Shown: piece after piece, positions 17,918-28,035 of the stretch
Numbering within the stretch: the stretch's first letter is position 1
Layout: the number at the start of each line of letters is the position of its first letter
Assembly (NCBI GenBank): GCA_937900255.1
Contig: CALCDZ010000002.1
Span: 9,655 to 73,654 of the forward strand
Source: an uncultured bacterium
Lineage (GTDB): Bacteria; Patescibacteriota; Patescibacteriia; SG8-24; DYFX01
Reading direction: 5' to 3'
Length of the DNA: 64,000 nucleotides
Notes under the pieces: generated by a model
Told to the model about the DNA's origin: nothing
Database searches by the model: none
The model's input: only the letters and a program-made list of their open reading frames with translations
Program-made: the position numbers and the translations under genes

Positions 17918-19312
17918 TTAGGCTTCGATAGGCGCGGCGGCGGAGGCGTCATGCTCCAGGTTCTTGAAGCTGGTGCGGTTCTCGTCGAAGAAGAGCTTGC
18001 AGACGCCGGTCGGGCCGTTGCGGTGCTTGGCGACGTGGATTTCGGCGACGTGCCGTTCTTCCGGCGCCAGGTCTTCCAGGCGGTAGTTGCGGTCGGCGGC
18101 CTTGCGGTAGATGAACATGACCACGTCGGCGTCCTGCTCGATCGACCCCGACTCGCGCAGGTGCGCCAGCTTCGGGACGGCCGGCTTGCTCATCTCGACC
18201 GCGCGGGAGAGCTGGGAGAGGGCCAGGACCGGGACGTTCATCTCGCGTGCCAAGCCCTTGAGGGAGCGGGTGATGGCGGCGACTTCCTGGACGCGGTTCT
18301 CGATCTTGGTCTGCGACTCCATCAGCTGGAGATAGTCGATGACGATGAGTCCCAGCTGCCCATGCTCCTTCTGCAGGCGGCGCACCTTGGTGCGGATCTC
18401 CATGATGTTGACGTTGGCCGAATCGTCGATGAAGATCGGCGCGTCGGAAAGGGTGCCCAGGGCGTGCCCGATGCGCGGGAAGTCGTCGTCGCCCGCCCGG
18501 TCCGACAGACGCCCGGTACGCATCTTCCAGAGGTCGACGTTGGCTTCGGCGCAGATCATGCGGTCCACGAGCTGTTCCTTGGACATTTCCAGGGAGAAGA
18601 TGCCGACCGGCTTCTTGGCGCGCACCGCGATGTTGCGGGCGATATCGAGCGCCAGAGCGGTCTTTCCGCACGCCGGGCGCGCGGCCAGGATCACCAGGTC
18701 GGAGGCCTGGAGGCCTCCCAGCAGGTTATCGAGCGTGCGGTAGCCGGTCGGGACGCCGCGCAGCTTGCCTTTTTCGCGGTGCAGCTCGTCGATGCGGTCG
18801 AAAGCGTCGTTCAGGACGTTGCGGATCGGGACGAAGTTCTGCTTGAGGTGCTTCTGCGAGACGCCGAAGAGGCGTTGTTCGGCCTGGTCGAGCAGGGTGC
18901 CGATGTCCCCGTCGCCGCCGTCGAATCCCATCCGGGAGATTTCTTGGGACGCGCCGATCAGGCGCCGGAGCGTCGCGTCGCGCTGGACGATCTTTGCGTA
19001 ATGGAGCACGTGCGAAGCGGTCGGGACCGTCTCGGCCAATTGGGCCAGATAGGTCTGTCCGCCGCATTTCTCGAGCGCTCCTCCGTCGCCGAGCCGGTCG
19101 GAGAGCGAGATGAGGTCGATCGGTTCGGACTTGGCGTACAGCGCCAGCATGGCGTCGAAAATGGCCGCGTGGCTTTCGCGGTAGAAGTCCTCCGGCGTCA
19201 CCAAATCCGCCACCTTCAAGATGGCTTCCTTGTCGATCAGGATCGAGCCGAGGACGCCGGCCTCGGCTTCGTAGTTATGGGGCGGGACGAACTCAGGTTT
19301 CTTGTCGGCCAT
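17918..19312 (-). CDS. dnaB: replicative DNA helicase
   Basis: PPHNYEAE, ARPACGKT, IDYLQLM, LRESGSIEQDAD, KHRNGPTG. Confidence 0.97.
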   Translation of the reverse strand: MADKKPEFVPPHNYEAEAGVLGSILIDKEAILKVADLVTPEDFYRESHAAIFDAMLALYAKSEPIDLISLSDRLGDGGALEKCGGQTYLAQLAETVPTASHVLHYAKIVQRDATLRRLIGASQEISRMGFDGGDGDIGTLLDQAEQRLFGVSQKHLKQNFVPIRNVLNDAFDRIDELHREKGKLRGVPTGYRTLDNLLGGLQASDLVILAARPACGKTALALDIARNIAVRAKKPVGIFSLEMSKEQLVDRMICAEANVDLWKMRTGRLSDRAGDDDFPRIGHALGTLSDAPIFIDDSANVNIMEIRTKVRRLQKEHGQLGLIVIDYLQLMESQTKIENRVQEVAAITRSLKGLAREMNVPVLALSQLSRAVEMSKPAVPKLAHLRESGSIEQDADVVMFIYRKAADRNYRLEDLAPEERHVAEIHVAKHRNGPTGVCKLFFDENRTSFKNLEHDASAAAPIEA

Positions 19313-19392
19313 GGCTTTGAATCGTGGCCCAATCTTACGCCAAGGGGAAAGGGGCGTCAAAGCGGCTCCAGGACGTGCTATAATGCCGGCCT

Positions 19393-20538
19393 ATGGCCAA
19401 CAGCGGAGACCGGGCGCGGTCTTGGAAAGCGACCTTCATCCTGTTCGGTACCATCGTGGGAGCCGGTATTTTCGGGTTGCCGGCGCTCATCCAGAAGTCC
19501 GGCTGGCTGATCGGCGTCTTTTGGATGCTCGCGCTCGCCGGAGTGGTGGCGCTTACGCATCTCTTGTATGCCGAGGTCGTGATGGTCACTCCGGGGAGGC
19601 ATCGCCTGGTCGGCTATGTACGGCTGTATCTCGGCAAGGGCCTTTCCGGGATCGAAGCCGTCAATTCGACCTTGAACCTTTACGGAGGCTCGCTCGCGTA
19701 CCTGATCCTGGGCGGCCTGTTCGCCGCCGCGATCCTGACGCCTGTCGCGGCCGTTTCGCCGTTGTACGGGTCGCTGGCGCTCTTCCTGTTCGGTCTCGCG
19801 GCGGCTTGGGGCGGCGCGGCGTTCCTCTCCAGGTTCGATTTCGCCATGACGATCGGGGAATTGACGTCTTTCCTGCTTCTGGCCGGCGTCGCGCTGACCG
19901 CGTTCGGTCCCGGCAACCTGGCGCATGCCGATTTTTCCCAGGCCTTCCTGCCGTATGGCGTGGTGCTCTTCGCTTACGGAGGCCTCACGGCCGTGCCGGA
20001 GGTCGCCGATATCATCGGCCTCGGCAAGCCGCGGCTGGTCCGGCGCAGCGTCATCATCGGGACGCTCATGGCCGCCGGACTGACGATCATTTTCGCGACA
20101 GCGGTCGTCGGGGCGCTCGGGCCGGACGTCACGCCCGAATCGGTCTCAGGCCTCGCCCGCAAGTTCGGCGGCGTCCTTCCGGTCCTCGGCGGAGTGACGG
20201 GGTTCCTTTCGATCCTGACGTCGTATGCGGTCTTCGGCGCCAACCTGAAATCGCAGTTCCAGTTCGATCTCAAACTGAAACCGCTTTCGGCGCTTTTCGC
20301 GGCCGTGGTCCTGCCGTTCCTGCTGTACCTCGCCGGCATCCGCAGCTTCGGGCGCATCCTGGAATTCGTCGGCGCGGTCTTGGTCGGCCTGGAAGGCATC
20401 TTCGTGGCGCTCGTCTATCTGAAGGCCAAAGCCAAGCATCCTGGCCGTATGCTGGACGTACCGAGACCGGTCGTCTATCTCCTCATCGCCGCGTATCTCG
20501 CCGGCATGCTGTACGAAATCTTCCGGCAAGGCGCTTGA
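19393..20538 (+). CDS. aromatic amino acid permease (TyrP/Mtr-like)
   Basis: GTIVGAGIFGLP motif; about 11 TM segments. Confidence 0.85.
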   Translation: MANSGDRARSWKATFILFGTIVGAGIFGLPALIQKSGWLIGVFWMLALAGVVALTHLLYAEVVMVTPGRHRLVGYVRLYLGKGLSGIEAVNSTLNLYGGSLAYLILGGLFAAAILTPVAAVSPLYGSLALFLFGLAAAWGGAAFLSRFDFAMTIGELTSFLLLAGVALTAFGPGNLAHADFSQAFLPYGVVLFAYGGLTAVPEVADIIGLGKPRLVRRSVIIGTLMAAGLTIIFATAVVGALGPDVTPESVSGLARKFGGVLPVLGGVTGFLSILTSYAVFGANLKSQFQFDLKLKPLSALFAAVVLPFLLYLAGIRSFGRILEFVGAVLVGLEGIFVALVYLKAKAKHPGRMLDVPRPVVYLLIAAYLAGMLYEIFRQGA

Positions 20539-20550
20539 GGGTGCCACGCC

Positions 20551-21357
20551 TCATCTTCCATGGCGCGTGCGTGCCAGTTCGAGCGTCTTCTTGATGAGCA
20601 GGGCGACCGTCATCGGGCCGACGCCGCCCGGGACGGGCGTCAGCGCTGCCGCCACGCCTTCCAAGGAGCTGGCGTCGGCGTCGCCGACGGTCATGCTTCC
20701 GATACGCGTCGTGCCGACGTCGATGACGATCGCGCCGGGCTTGATGTCTGCAGCCTTCAGCGACCTCGGCTGCCCGACGGCCGTCACGACCACGTCGGCG
20801 GAGCGCAGGTCCTCCGTCGGCGCCAGGCCGCGCTGTTCAAGCATCAGTTCGAGCGGGGTCGAAAAGACTGGGCTGTTGGCCCTGACCCCGGAAAGCCCTT
20901 CGTGAGGTGCGCCGGCTTCATCAAGCAATAACGAGACGGCTTCGATCAGGCCCGGCATCGCGCCGCGGCCTTGAAGATAGTTCCGGAGGTTCCAAGGGTG
21001 GAACCCGTCGACATCCTTGGCCGGGTCGATGAACGAGACGGTACCGTCCGTATCCAATTGCGGAGGGAGCGGCAGCTGGACCAGGATGGCATCGATGGCA
21101 TCGTCCTCGTTGAGTCCGCGTATCGCTTCCAAGACGGATTCCTGGCGCGCGTCCTCGGGAAAATCCTTCCGCACGAAGAGGATGCCCGCTTCGGCGCAGG
21201 CCTTCTCCTTGAGGGCGACATACAGGTGGGAGGCAGGGTCGTTTCCGACCAGCACGACACCCAGCCCAGGGCGGAAGCCCAGGCGCGAAATCTCTCCCGC
21301 GACATCTTCGCGGATGCGTTTCGCGAGGGACCGTCCGTCGATCAGGCGCGTCTTCAT
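20551..21357 (-). CDS. folD: methylene-THF dehydrogenase/cyclohydrolase (divergent NADP-binding region)
   Basis: [32 protein letters not shown]. Confidence 0.9.
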   Translation of the reverse strand: MKTRLIDGRSLAKRIREDVAGEISRLGFRPGLGVVLVGNDPASHLYVALKEKACAEAGILFVRKDFPEDARQESVLEAIRGLNEDDAIDAILVQLPLPPQLDTDGTVSFIDPAKDVDGFHPWNLRNYLQGRGAMPGLIEAVSLLLDEAGAPHEGLSGVRANSPVFSTPLELMLEQRGLAPTEDLRSADVVVTAVGQPRSLKAADIKPGAIVIDVGTTRIGSMTVGDADASSLEGVAAALTPVPGGVGPMTVALLIKKTLELARTRHGR

Positions 21358-22610
21358 GCCTTCCAGCCGGGATAAATAGGGTGCGCCGCGGCCAGTCCTC
21401 GCACGACGCGCAGGACATCCTCCCGTACGGACGCGTCTTCCGGCGCCTTGAGCGTCCTCGCGATGAGCGACCCGACGACCCGCATGTCCGCTTCCGCGAA
21501 ACCGCGCGTCGTGAGCGCCGGCGATCCGATGCGAAGGCCCGAAGGATCCATCGGCTTGCGGGTGTCGTAGGGGATCATGTTCATGTTCGTGTAGATGCCT
21601 GAAGCGTCGAGAGCGGCGACGGCGGGCTTCCCGGTGATGCCCAAACCGCTCAAATCGGCGATCAGCATGTGGTTGTCGGTGCCGCCGGTCACGAGGCGTA
21701 CGCCCTCCTCCTCAAGCGCGGCGGCCAGAGCGCGCGCGTTGCTGACGACCTGCGCCTGGTATGTCCGGAATTCCGGCTTGAGCGCTTCGCCGAAAGCGAC
21801 CGCCTTGGCGGCGATGACATGTTCGAGCGGGCCTCCTTGCATGCCTGGGAAGACCGCGGAGTCGATCTTCTTGGCGAGATCCTTCCGGCAGAGGATCATG
21901 GCACCGCGCGGGCCGCGCAGCGTCTTGTGCGTGGTGGTGGTGGCGATGTCGACGTAAGGGATCGGGTCCGGGAAGGCCTTGCCGGCCACGAGACCGGAGA
22001 AATGCGCCATGTCGACCATCAGGTACGCGCCGACCTCGTCGGCGATGGTGCGGAAGGCGGCGAAATCCAGCGTGCGTGGGTAGGCCGTGAAGCCTGCCAC
22101 GATGATCTTCGGCTTGGCCTCGCGCGCGATCTCGCGCACCTCGTCCAAGTCGATCAGGTGCGTGTCGCGCCGCACGCCGTAGTGGACGAACTTGAAAAGC
22201 TTGCCGGAAAAATTCACCGGCGATCCGTGCGTCAGATGCCCGCCCATGGCCAAGTCCATGGCCATGATGACGGCGCCGGGTTCCGCGAGCGCCAGGTACG
22301 CCGCCATGTTGGCCTGCGAACCGGCATGCGGCTGGACGTTGGCATGCTCCGCGCCGAACAGCGTCTTGGCCCGTTCGATGGCGAGCGATTCGATCTCGTC
22401 GATCTTCTCGTTGCCGCCGTAGTAGCGCTTGCCCGGGTAGCCTTCGGAATATTTGTTGGTGAGCGGCGTGCCGAGGGCCTCCAAGACGGCTTCCGAAACG
22501 ATGTTCTCGGAAGCGATCATCTCAAGGCCGTCCTGCTGGCGCAGGACTTCCTCGCCGATCATGCGCGCCAATTCCGGATCCTGGGCGGTGAGGTGGGGGA
22601 GAGTGTGCAT
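21354..22610 (-). CDS. glyA: serine hydroxymethyltransferase
   Basis: [32 protein letters not shown]. Confidence 0.98.
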   Translation of the reverse strand: MHTLPHLTAQDPELARMIGEEVLRQQDGLEMIASENIVSEAVLEALGTPLTNKYSEGYPGKRYYGGNEKIDEIESLAIERAKTLFGAEHANVQPHAGSQANMAAYLALAEPGAVIMAMDLAMGGHLTHGSPVNFSGKLFKFVHYGVRRDTHLIDLDEVREIAREAKPKIIVAGFTAYPRTLDFAAFRTIADEVGAYLMVDMAHFSGLVAGKAFPDPIPYVDIATTTTHKTLRGPRGAMILCRKDLAKKIDSAVFPGMQGGPLEHVIAAKAVAFGEALKPEFRTYQAQVVSNARALAAALEEEGVRLVTGGTDNHMLIADLSGLGITGKPAVAALDASGIYTNMNMIPYDTRKPMDPSGLRIGSPALTTRGFAEADMRVVGSLIARTLKAPEDASVREDVLRVVRGLAAAHPIYPGWKA

Positions 22611-22661
22611 GCGGGGAGTGTACACCTGGCGGATGCCGGATGGAAAGGCGGGCGGATAGGA

Positions 22662-23777
22662 TCAACGCGCAGCGGCGGCGACCGATTCGAGATAGCTCTC
22701 GGCGTACTGCTCCGCGATCTTGTCCCAATCGAACCGTGCGAGCCGTGAGGTCGCTTGGAGCGCGCAGGCTTCGGAAAGCGCATGGTCGGAGAGGAGACGC
22801 GTGATGGCCGATGCCAGCGCTTTCGGGTCGGAGGGCGGAACGAGCAAGCCCGTCTTTTCATGTTCGATGACGTCCGGGATGCCGCCGACGTCCGTGCCGA
22901 TGACCGGGACGCCGAGCGCTTGCGCTTCCAGGAGGACGATGCCGAGCCCTTCGCCCAACGACGGCAGGGCGAAGACGGCGGAGGCGGCCACTTCGGCCAT
23001 CGCTTCGACGTTCGGCTTCGCGCCCACGAAATGGACGGCGTCCTGGAGCGACCGTTCCGCCGTGAATGCCTTGAGTTCCGCTTCCAGCGCGCCGCCGCCG
23101 ACGATCGTCAGTTCGGCGTCGTGGATCGTGCGGCGCACCTCCTTCATGGCTTCGATCAGGAACGGCAAGCCTTTCTCCGGAGAGAGCCGCGCGACCGTCA
23201 CGACGCGGTGCGGCCGCTTTTCGCGCCGCGGCACCTTTGCCAGATGCCCGAAATCGACGCCGTTGGGGATCGTCATGGTGCGCGCGGCGCCCAGCCGCTC
23301 GGCGCGGGCCGTGAGCGCCCTCGAGATGCCGACGACCAAGGTCGGGGAGACATGGATGTTCCGCCAGACGAAACGGGGGATCTTCCGGTTCTTTTCCGGC
23401 ATGTCGAGGTCGCCGCTCTGCAGTGTCAGGAGGGTCGGCTTCTTCCCGCCGAAGGCGCGGTACCACCAGAGGGCGATGCCGGCATAGGATTCCATGACGG
23501 CATGGACCAGGTCGTGCGGTTCCCCGAGCGTCCAGAGTGGAGCGAGCAGGGGGAACAGGAACTTGTCCCGCTTCGTGCCGAAACCGAGCCGGACGATCTC
23601 ATGGGATGTGCCGTCGGGCAGTTCGCGGATTTCGTGGCGGGGAAGCGCGGCATCAAGCCGGGCCGTCACCACCACGATCGAAAAACGCCCGGCCAGGCGC
23701 CGGACGGTCTCGACGACCATCCGCTCCGCGCCGGAAACGAAAGGCTCGTAGAAGGCGGAGTAGATTACGATGCGCAT
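22662..23777 (-). CDS. GT4 glycosyltransferase
   Basis: IPNGVD, ARLSPEKG, EGLGIVLLEA. Confidence 0.92.
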   Translation of the reverse strand: MRIVIYSAFYEPFVSGAERMVVETVRRLAGRFSIVVVTARLDAALPRHEIRELPDGTSHEIVRLGFGTKRDKFLFPLLAPLWTLGEPHDLVHAVMESYAGIALWWYRAFGGKKPTLLTLQSGDLDMPEKNRKIPRFVWRNIHVSPTLVVGISRALTARAERLGAARTMTIPNGVDFGHLAKVPRREKRPHRVVTVARLSPEKGLPFLIEAMKEVRRTIHDAELTIVGGGALEAELKAFTAERSLQDAVHFVGAKPNVEAMAEVAASAVFALPSLGEGLGIVLLEAQALGVPVIGTDVGGIPDVIEHEKTGLLVPPSDPKALASAITRLLSDHALSEACALQATSRLARFDWDKIAEQYAESYLESVAAAAR

Positions 23778-23781
23778 GCGC

Positions 23782-24750
23782 TCAAGATGCTTGTCTTTCG
23801 AGATATTCGTAGGTCTCGCGCAGTCCGGCCTCGAGAGGCGTGGTAGCGCGCCAACCGATCAGCTGTTCCATCTTGGTCACGTCCGGCGTCCGGTACTTGA
23901 TCTCCATCTTGCGCACCGGCAGGTATTCGATCTTCAGGTTCTTGCCCGAGAGGGCGATGACTTGTTCCGCCAGCTCCTGAATGGTGGTCGGGACGCCCTT
24001 GCCGACGTTGATGGTCTCGCCGTCGGTCTCCTTCTTGAGCATGGCCGTCAGGATGCAATCGATGTTGTCCTTATAGAAGACGAAGTCACGGGTGGCGGAA
24101 CCGTCGCCGAAGATGTGGAGCGGCTCGCCTTTGCGGGCGCGGTCGAGGAAGATGCCGACGACGAAGCCGTACGGCGAACTTTCCTGCCTCGGTCCGTAGA
24201 CGTTGAAGAAACGCAAAGCCACGGTCGGCAGGCCGTACTGATGATAGTAATGGTAGGTCAAGTTCTCTCCGAGCATCTTGACCAAGCTGTACGGGTCGCG
24301 TGGGCTGGGGTTGACCGCGCCGTGCTCATGAGACGGCAGCTGGATGGGCTCCCCGTAGACCTCCGACGAGGATGAGTAGAGGATCTTCTTCACCTTGCGG
24401 TCCTTGCAGAATTCGAAGATGGCCCGGATGCCGTCGATGTCCCTCAGTACGTCAAGCGGGCGCTCCTCGACCCGTTTCACGCCGCAAAAAGCGCCGAGAT
24501 GGAAGACATAGTCGGGCGTGGAGGCATCGAAGGCGCGATCGAGCGTCGCCCAGTCGTTGGCGTTTCCTTGGATGAAGGTGAAATCCGGGTTGCCGTCGTG
24601 TTGGGCGAGGTTGTCGCGCTTTCCGGTGGAGAGGTCATCGAGAACGATGACTTTGGCCCCCAGCCCGAGCAGGCGATCGGTCAGATGAGATCCGATGAAT
24701 CCGGCGCCACCGGTCACGAGGACGTTCGCTCCTTTATAAGCTTCGAACAT
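23782..24750 (-). CDS. NAD-dependent sugar epimerase/dehydratase
   Basis: VTGGAGFIGS, SSSEVYG, YSLVK, RFFNVYGP. Confidence 0.93.
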   Translation of the reverse strand: MFEAYKGANVLVTGGAGFIGSHLTDRLLGLGAKVIVLDDLSTGKRDNLAQHDGNPDFTFIQGNANDWATLDRAFDASTPDYVFHLGAFCGVKRVEERPLDVLRDIDGIRAIFEFCKDRKVKKILYSSSSEVYGEPIQLPSHEHGAVNPSPRDPYSLVKMLGENLTYHYYHQYGLPTVALRFFNVYGPRQESSPYGFVVGIFLDRARKGEPLHIFGDGSATRDFVFYKDNIDCILTAMLKKETDGETINVGKGVPTTIQELAEQVIALSGKNLKIEYLPVRKMEIKYRTPDVTKMEQLIGWRATTPLEAGLRETYEYLERQAS

Positions 24751-24822
24751 AATAGGAGATAGTGTGACGAATCGTCCTGATTGTGCCAGGGAAGCCAGCA
24801 AAGCACAATGGCGGGACGTATT

Positions 24823-24851
24823 AAAAGACCCCGCATCAGAGGAGGCGGGGG
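24823..24851 (-). terminator. probable terminator of 24855..25250
   Basis: Minus strand CCCCGC...GCGGGG followed by TCTTTT. Confidence 0.55.
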
Positions 24852-24854
24852 ACA

Positions 24855-25250
24855 TCACTTCTTGTCGGGCTTCGGAGGTGCGTCTTCCGTGGCGGGCACG
24901 ACGATGGGGTCGACTCCAGGGATATCGACCTGGATTTCCTTGATCTTGTTGGGAGGCAGCTTGCCCCCGACCTGTTGCGCGGCTTTCTTTGCTGCGTCGG
25001 CCTGAGCCGACCGGCCGCCTGGCGCGGCTTTGCGGACGGCTTCGCGTACTTCTTCCGTCGCTGGTCTCCCGACCTTGTCGGCCAGTTCCTTGGCCGCTTG
25101 GTTGTCTCTCTCGACCCTGTCTCGACTGGGGTCCCTTTTGGAAGGAACGTTTTCTACTCGGGGCTTGACCTTCACCCCGACATCGCCCGGGTCGACAGGC
25201 GCGTTCCGTTCATCTGCGGGCGTACCTGCATTCGGCTTCTTTTCGGACAT
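24855..25250 (-). CDS. hydrophilic Pro/Lys/Asp-rich hypothetical protein
   Basis: AGGAG SD upstream; downstream terminator; no aromatic residues. Confidence 0.65.
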   Translation of the reverse strand: MSEKKPNAGTPADERNAPVDPGDVGVKVKPRVENVPSKRDPSRDRVERDNQAAKELADKVGRPATEEVREAVRKAAPGGRSAQADAAKKAAQQVGGKLPPNKIKEIQVDIPGVDPIVVPATEDAPPKPDKK

Positions 25251-25461
25251 GACGGCTCTCCTGAATGAACGTGTGGTGACATCTTGACATCGGGATAATT
25301 GTCTGTAAAGCGTCCGGGATGACTTTTGAGAATAGGTAGCACTTCTTGTTGTATTGATGCCAAGTCACGCAGATTGCTACCCGCAGCGTTGAGTTTTTGA
25401 CAGAATGGGGGGGTTCCATGTAAGTTGAAACAAGTTCATTTTGAACGGAAAGAGGATCGAA

Positions 25462-26190
25462 ATGGGAAATTCTTGGATGCTGCTGGCGGCAATCTCTTGT
25501 GTCATTGCTTGCGCTCACGAGCAGGACAACGGTTGGGATACCGGACTCGATGGCAACGTCAAAGAGACGGTTGCTCAAATCCAGTCGGTACAATGCCGAA
25601 AAACGGATGCTGTCTTGCGTTCGGAGGGTCTGCACGAAGATCAGCTAGGGCTTGTGCGTGACTTCTGCCGCCAGACCTTGCGACAGATGGCCATAGCCCT
25701 AACCGATCGTTTCGAGGAATCAAGACGGCGGGCCGAACTTGCGAAGACCTCCGAATCCTTCTACGCGTGCACGTACGAGGGGTACAATACCGGCATACCG
25801 AGCTATTCGGACCTTGGCCTTTCCTCTGGAACATGCTCTTGGCATGATCCGAATCCGGAATGCCAAGTATTCTACGCTTGCTTGTGGGGGTGCAATAATG
25901 TCGACCCTTCGCTTGGTTGGCACATCAAGTGGTATACCAGCAGGAGTGCACTGGAGGCGGATATTTTCCCCAAAGGGTATTCTTACGTGTCCGGCACGGG
26001 CGAAGGTGGCGGTTACCGTCGTACGTTACCCAATGGATACAGCTACCAAGTCCATTCCCTGACCATCGATGCGAATGGCATGGGGAACTGGCACAATGAA
26101 GGACCCGAGCCCGACCCGAGGTTTAACTGGAGCGGTTATCTCGGAGGTTGGTGGCCTTACGAAGTGAAGGCCTGGCACGACCACTGCTAG
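25462..26190 (+). CDS. Cys/Trp/Tyr-rich putative lipoprotein of unknown function
   Basis: GAGGA SD; lipobox-like VIAC; AT-richer codons; C-terminal EGPEPDP..WWP..WH. Confidence 0.7.
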   Translation: MGNSWMLLAAISCVIACAHEQDNGWDTGLDGNVKETVAQIQSVQCRKTDAVLRSEGLHEDQLGLVRDFCRQTLRQMAIALTDRFEESRRRAELAKTSESFYACTYEGYNTGIPSYSDLGLSSGTCSWHDPNPECQVFYACLWGCNNVDPSLGWHIKWYTSRSALEADIFPKGYSYVSGTGEGGGYRRTLPNGYSYQVHSLTIDANGMGNWHNEGPEPDPRFNWSGYLGGWWPYEVKAWHDHC

Positions 26191-26197
26191 AATCCCT

Positions 26198-26554
26198 ATG
26201 CTTGAAGCGATAAAAAAAAACTTGACCCCAAACGCGACCAAGGTCGGTTTGTTCTTTGTCCTGATGACGACCATCGCACTAGGCATGCTGGACGGTTACT
26301 ACGCGTTCAGCGGTGAGCGACGCGCGCCGGAGGTGCTGGCCAGCATACTGCATGCCGCTCCGTGGTGGGTCATGTCGCTGCCCATCAACTTTCCCGGCCA
26401 GATGCTCCTCCTTCTTCTTCGAGAGTTGGGTTTTAGACCGAGCTTACTTGTGCAGCTATTGCTTGAAATGCCATTCACATACGTGCTGTCGTGCATCGTG
26501 ATCGCCCTCGTGGATAAAACGAGAGAATTCGGCAGCGACGCGGGTGCGAACTAA
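26198..26554 (+). CDS. small multi-TM membrane protein
   Basis: About 3 hydrophobic segments; starts 7 nt after the upstream stop; terminator follows. Confidence 0.65.
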   Translation: MLEAIKKNLTPNATKVGLFFVLMTTIALGMLDGYYAFSGERRAPEVLASILHAAPWWVMSLPINFPGQMLLLLLRELGFRPSLLVQLLLEMPFTYVLSCIVIALVDKTREFGSDAGAN

Positions 26555-26563
26555 CAGATCGCC

Positions 26564-26585
26564 AGAGGCCTCAAGGCCTCTTTTT
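26564..26585 (+). terminator. intrinsic terminator
   Basis: AGAGGCC-TCAA-GGCCTCT-TTTT. Confidence 0.8.
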
Positions 26586-26640
26586 ATCCTCGGCTCGAAG
26601 CTTGAAGGGTGTCGTCGTACCAGGTAAGCTTTGCTGGTCT

Positions 26641-28035
26641 ATGCCTCTCGACCTCGATCACCTTCACCGGATCCACTGCGTCGGCATCGGCGGCATCGGC
26701 GTTTCGGCCGTCGCCAAGTTCTTGCGGCTGCAAGGCAAGGAAGTGAGCGGTTCCGACGGGGCGCGCAGCGTGGTCACGGCCGATGCCGAACGCGTCGGCG
26801 TCTCCGTCTTCGATCCGTCGCCGGAAAACATCGCGCCGGACCTCGATCTGCTCATCTACACGTCGGCGGCGCCGGAGACGCATCCGGAACGCGAGGCGGC
26901 GGCCAGGTTCGGCATCCCGCAGCTCAGCTACTTCGAGTTCCTCGGATTGCTTTCGTCACGTCATCGGACGGTCGCGGTCTGCGGCACGAACGGGAAGTCG
27001 ACCACGACCGCGATGCTCGGCCTGATCCTGGAGCGCGCAGGACTCGACCCGCTCGTCATCGTGGGCAGTCGCGTGCCGACCTTTGAATACGGCAATCTTC
27101 GTCCCGGAGAAGGCGGGCTTCTCGTGGTCGAAGCCTGCGAATACCGCGAGCAGTTCATGAGCCTGTCGCCATCGGTGGTCGTGACGACCAAGATCGCGGA
27201 AGACCATCTCGACTACTACCGTGACTTGGCGCATATCCAGGCGACGTTCCGTGCCTTCGCTTCGAAACGGCCTGCGGACGGCCCGCTCATCTGGAACGCC
27301 GATGACGCGGGGAGTCGCGAAGCGTATGCGGGCATCGACGGTCCGAACGGCACCTTCGGGTTCTCGTCCGGCGCCGACCTGCGCGCGGAACGCCACGAGG
27401 TCTCCGCCGGTCTTCAGCGCTTCGACGCCGTCTGGAATGACGGTGTCGCCTGGCGGGGATTGGAGCTCGCAGTGCCGGGCGCCTTCAACGTGTCCAACGC
27501 GCTGGCCGCTCTCGGGGCCGCCCGTGCGCTCGGCGCGGACGAGGCATCCGCCCGTTTCGCGCTCGCGGGGTTCACGGGCATCTGGCGTAGGTTCGAGAAA
27601 GTGGGGGAACGCGATGGGGCTCCGATCATCTCCGATTACGGCCATACGCCGGACGCCATCGCGGCCACGCTCCAGGCCGCGCGCGATTTCTACCCTGGCC
27701 GCAAGATCGTCCTGGCTTTCCAGCCGCATCATCACGACCGCACGCGCAAGCTCTTCGACGCTTTCGTTCCCGCCTTCGACGGAGCCGATACGCTCGTCCT
27801 CTCCGAAATCTATGACGTGGCCGGACGCGAGGAAGGCGCGGGCACGATCTCGTCGCGAGCGCTGGTCGAGGCGATCGAGGCGCGCGGAGCCGTTCCGAGC
27901 GTCCGGTACGCGCCGGATCCGGCCGATGCGCTCCGGCAGCTCGAAGCGCTTGACGCTGAAAATGCCATCATGCTGGTCATGGGCGCAGGGGACATTTATT
28001 CCATTGCCTATCCGCTATGCCGACCGTCGAAATGA
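26641..28035 (+). CDS. murC: UDP-N-acetylmuramate--L-alanine ligase
   Basis: HCVGIGGIGVS, GTNGKSTTT, VEACEY, DHLDYY, RRFE, DYGHTP, FQPHH. Confidence 0.95.
   Translation: MPLDLDHLHRIHCVGIGGIGVSAVAKFLRLQGKEVSGSDGARSVVTADAERVGVSVFDPSPENIAPDLDLLIYTSAAPETHPEREAAARFGIPQLSYFEFLGLLSSRHRTVAVCGTNGKSTTTAMLGLILERAGLDPLVIVGSRVPTFEYGNLRPGEGGLLVVEACEYREQFMSLSPSVVVTTKIAEDHLDYYRDLAHIQATFRAFASKRPADGPLIWNADDAGSREAYAGIDGPNGTFGFSSGADLRAERHEVSAGLQRFDAVWNDGVAWRGLELAVPGAFNVSNALAALGAARALGADEASARFALAGFTGIWRRFEKVGERDGAPIISDYGHTPDAIAATLQAARDFYPGRKIVLAFQPHHHDRTRKLFDAFVPAFDGADTLVLSEIYDVAGREEGAGTISSRALVEAIEARGAVPSVRYAPDPADALRQLEALDAENAIMLVMGAGDIYSIAYPLCRPSK

Noticed and set aside
22611-22661. ZTP or THF riboswitch upstream of glyA-folD
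   Set aside because: Gap is only about 50 nt and a -10 (TACACT) sits 6 nt before the ATG, leaving no leader
24773-26600. Integron cassette array (attC sites)
   Set aside because: No RYYYAAC/GTTRRRY core pairs after the ORFs, genes are divergent, no intI
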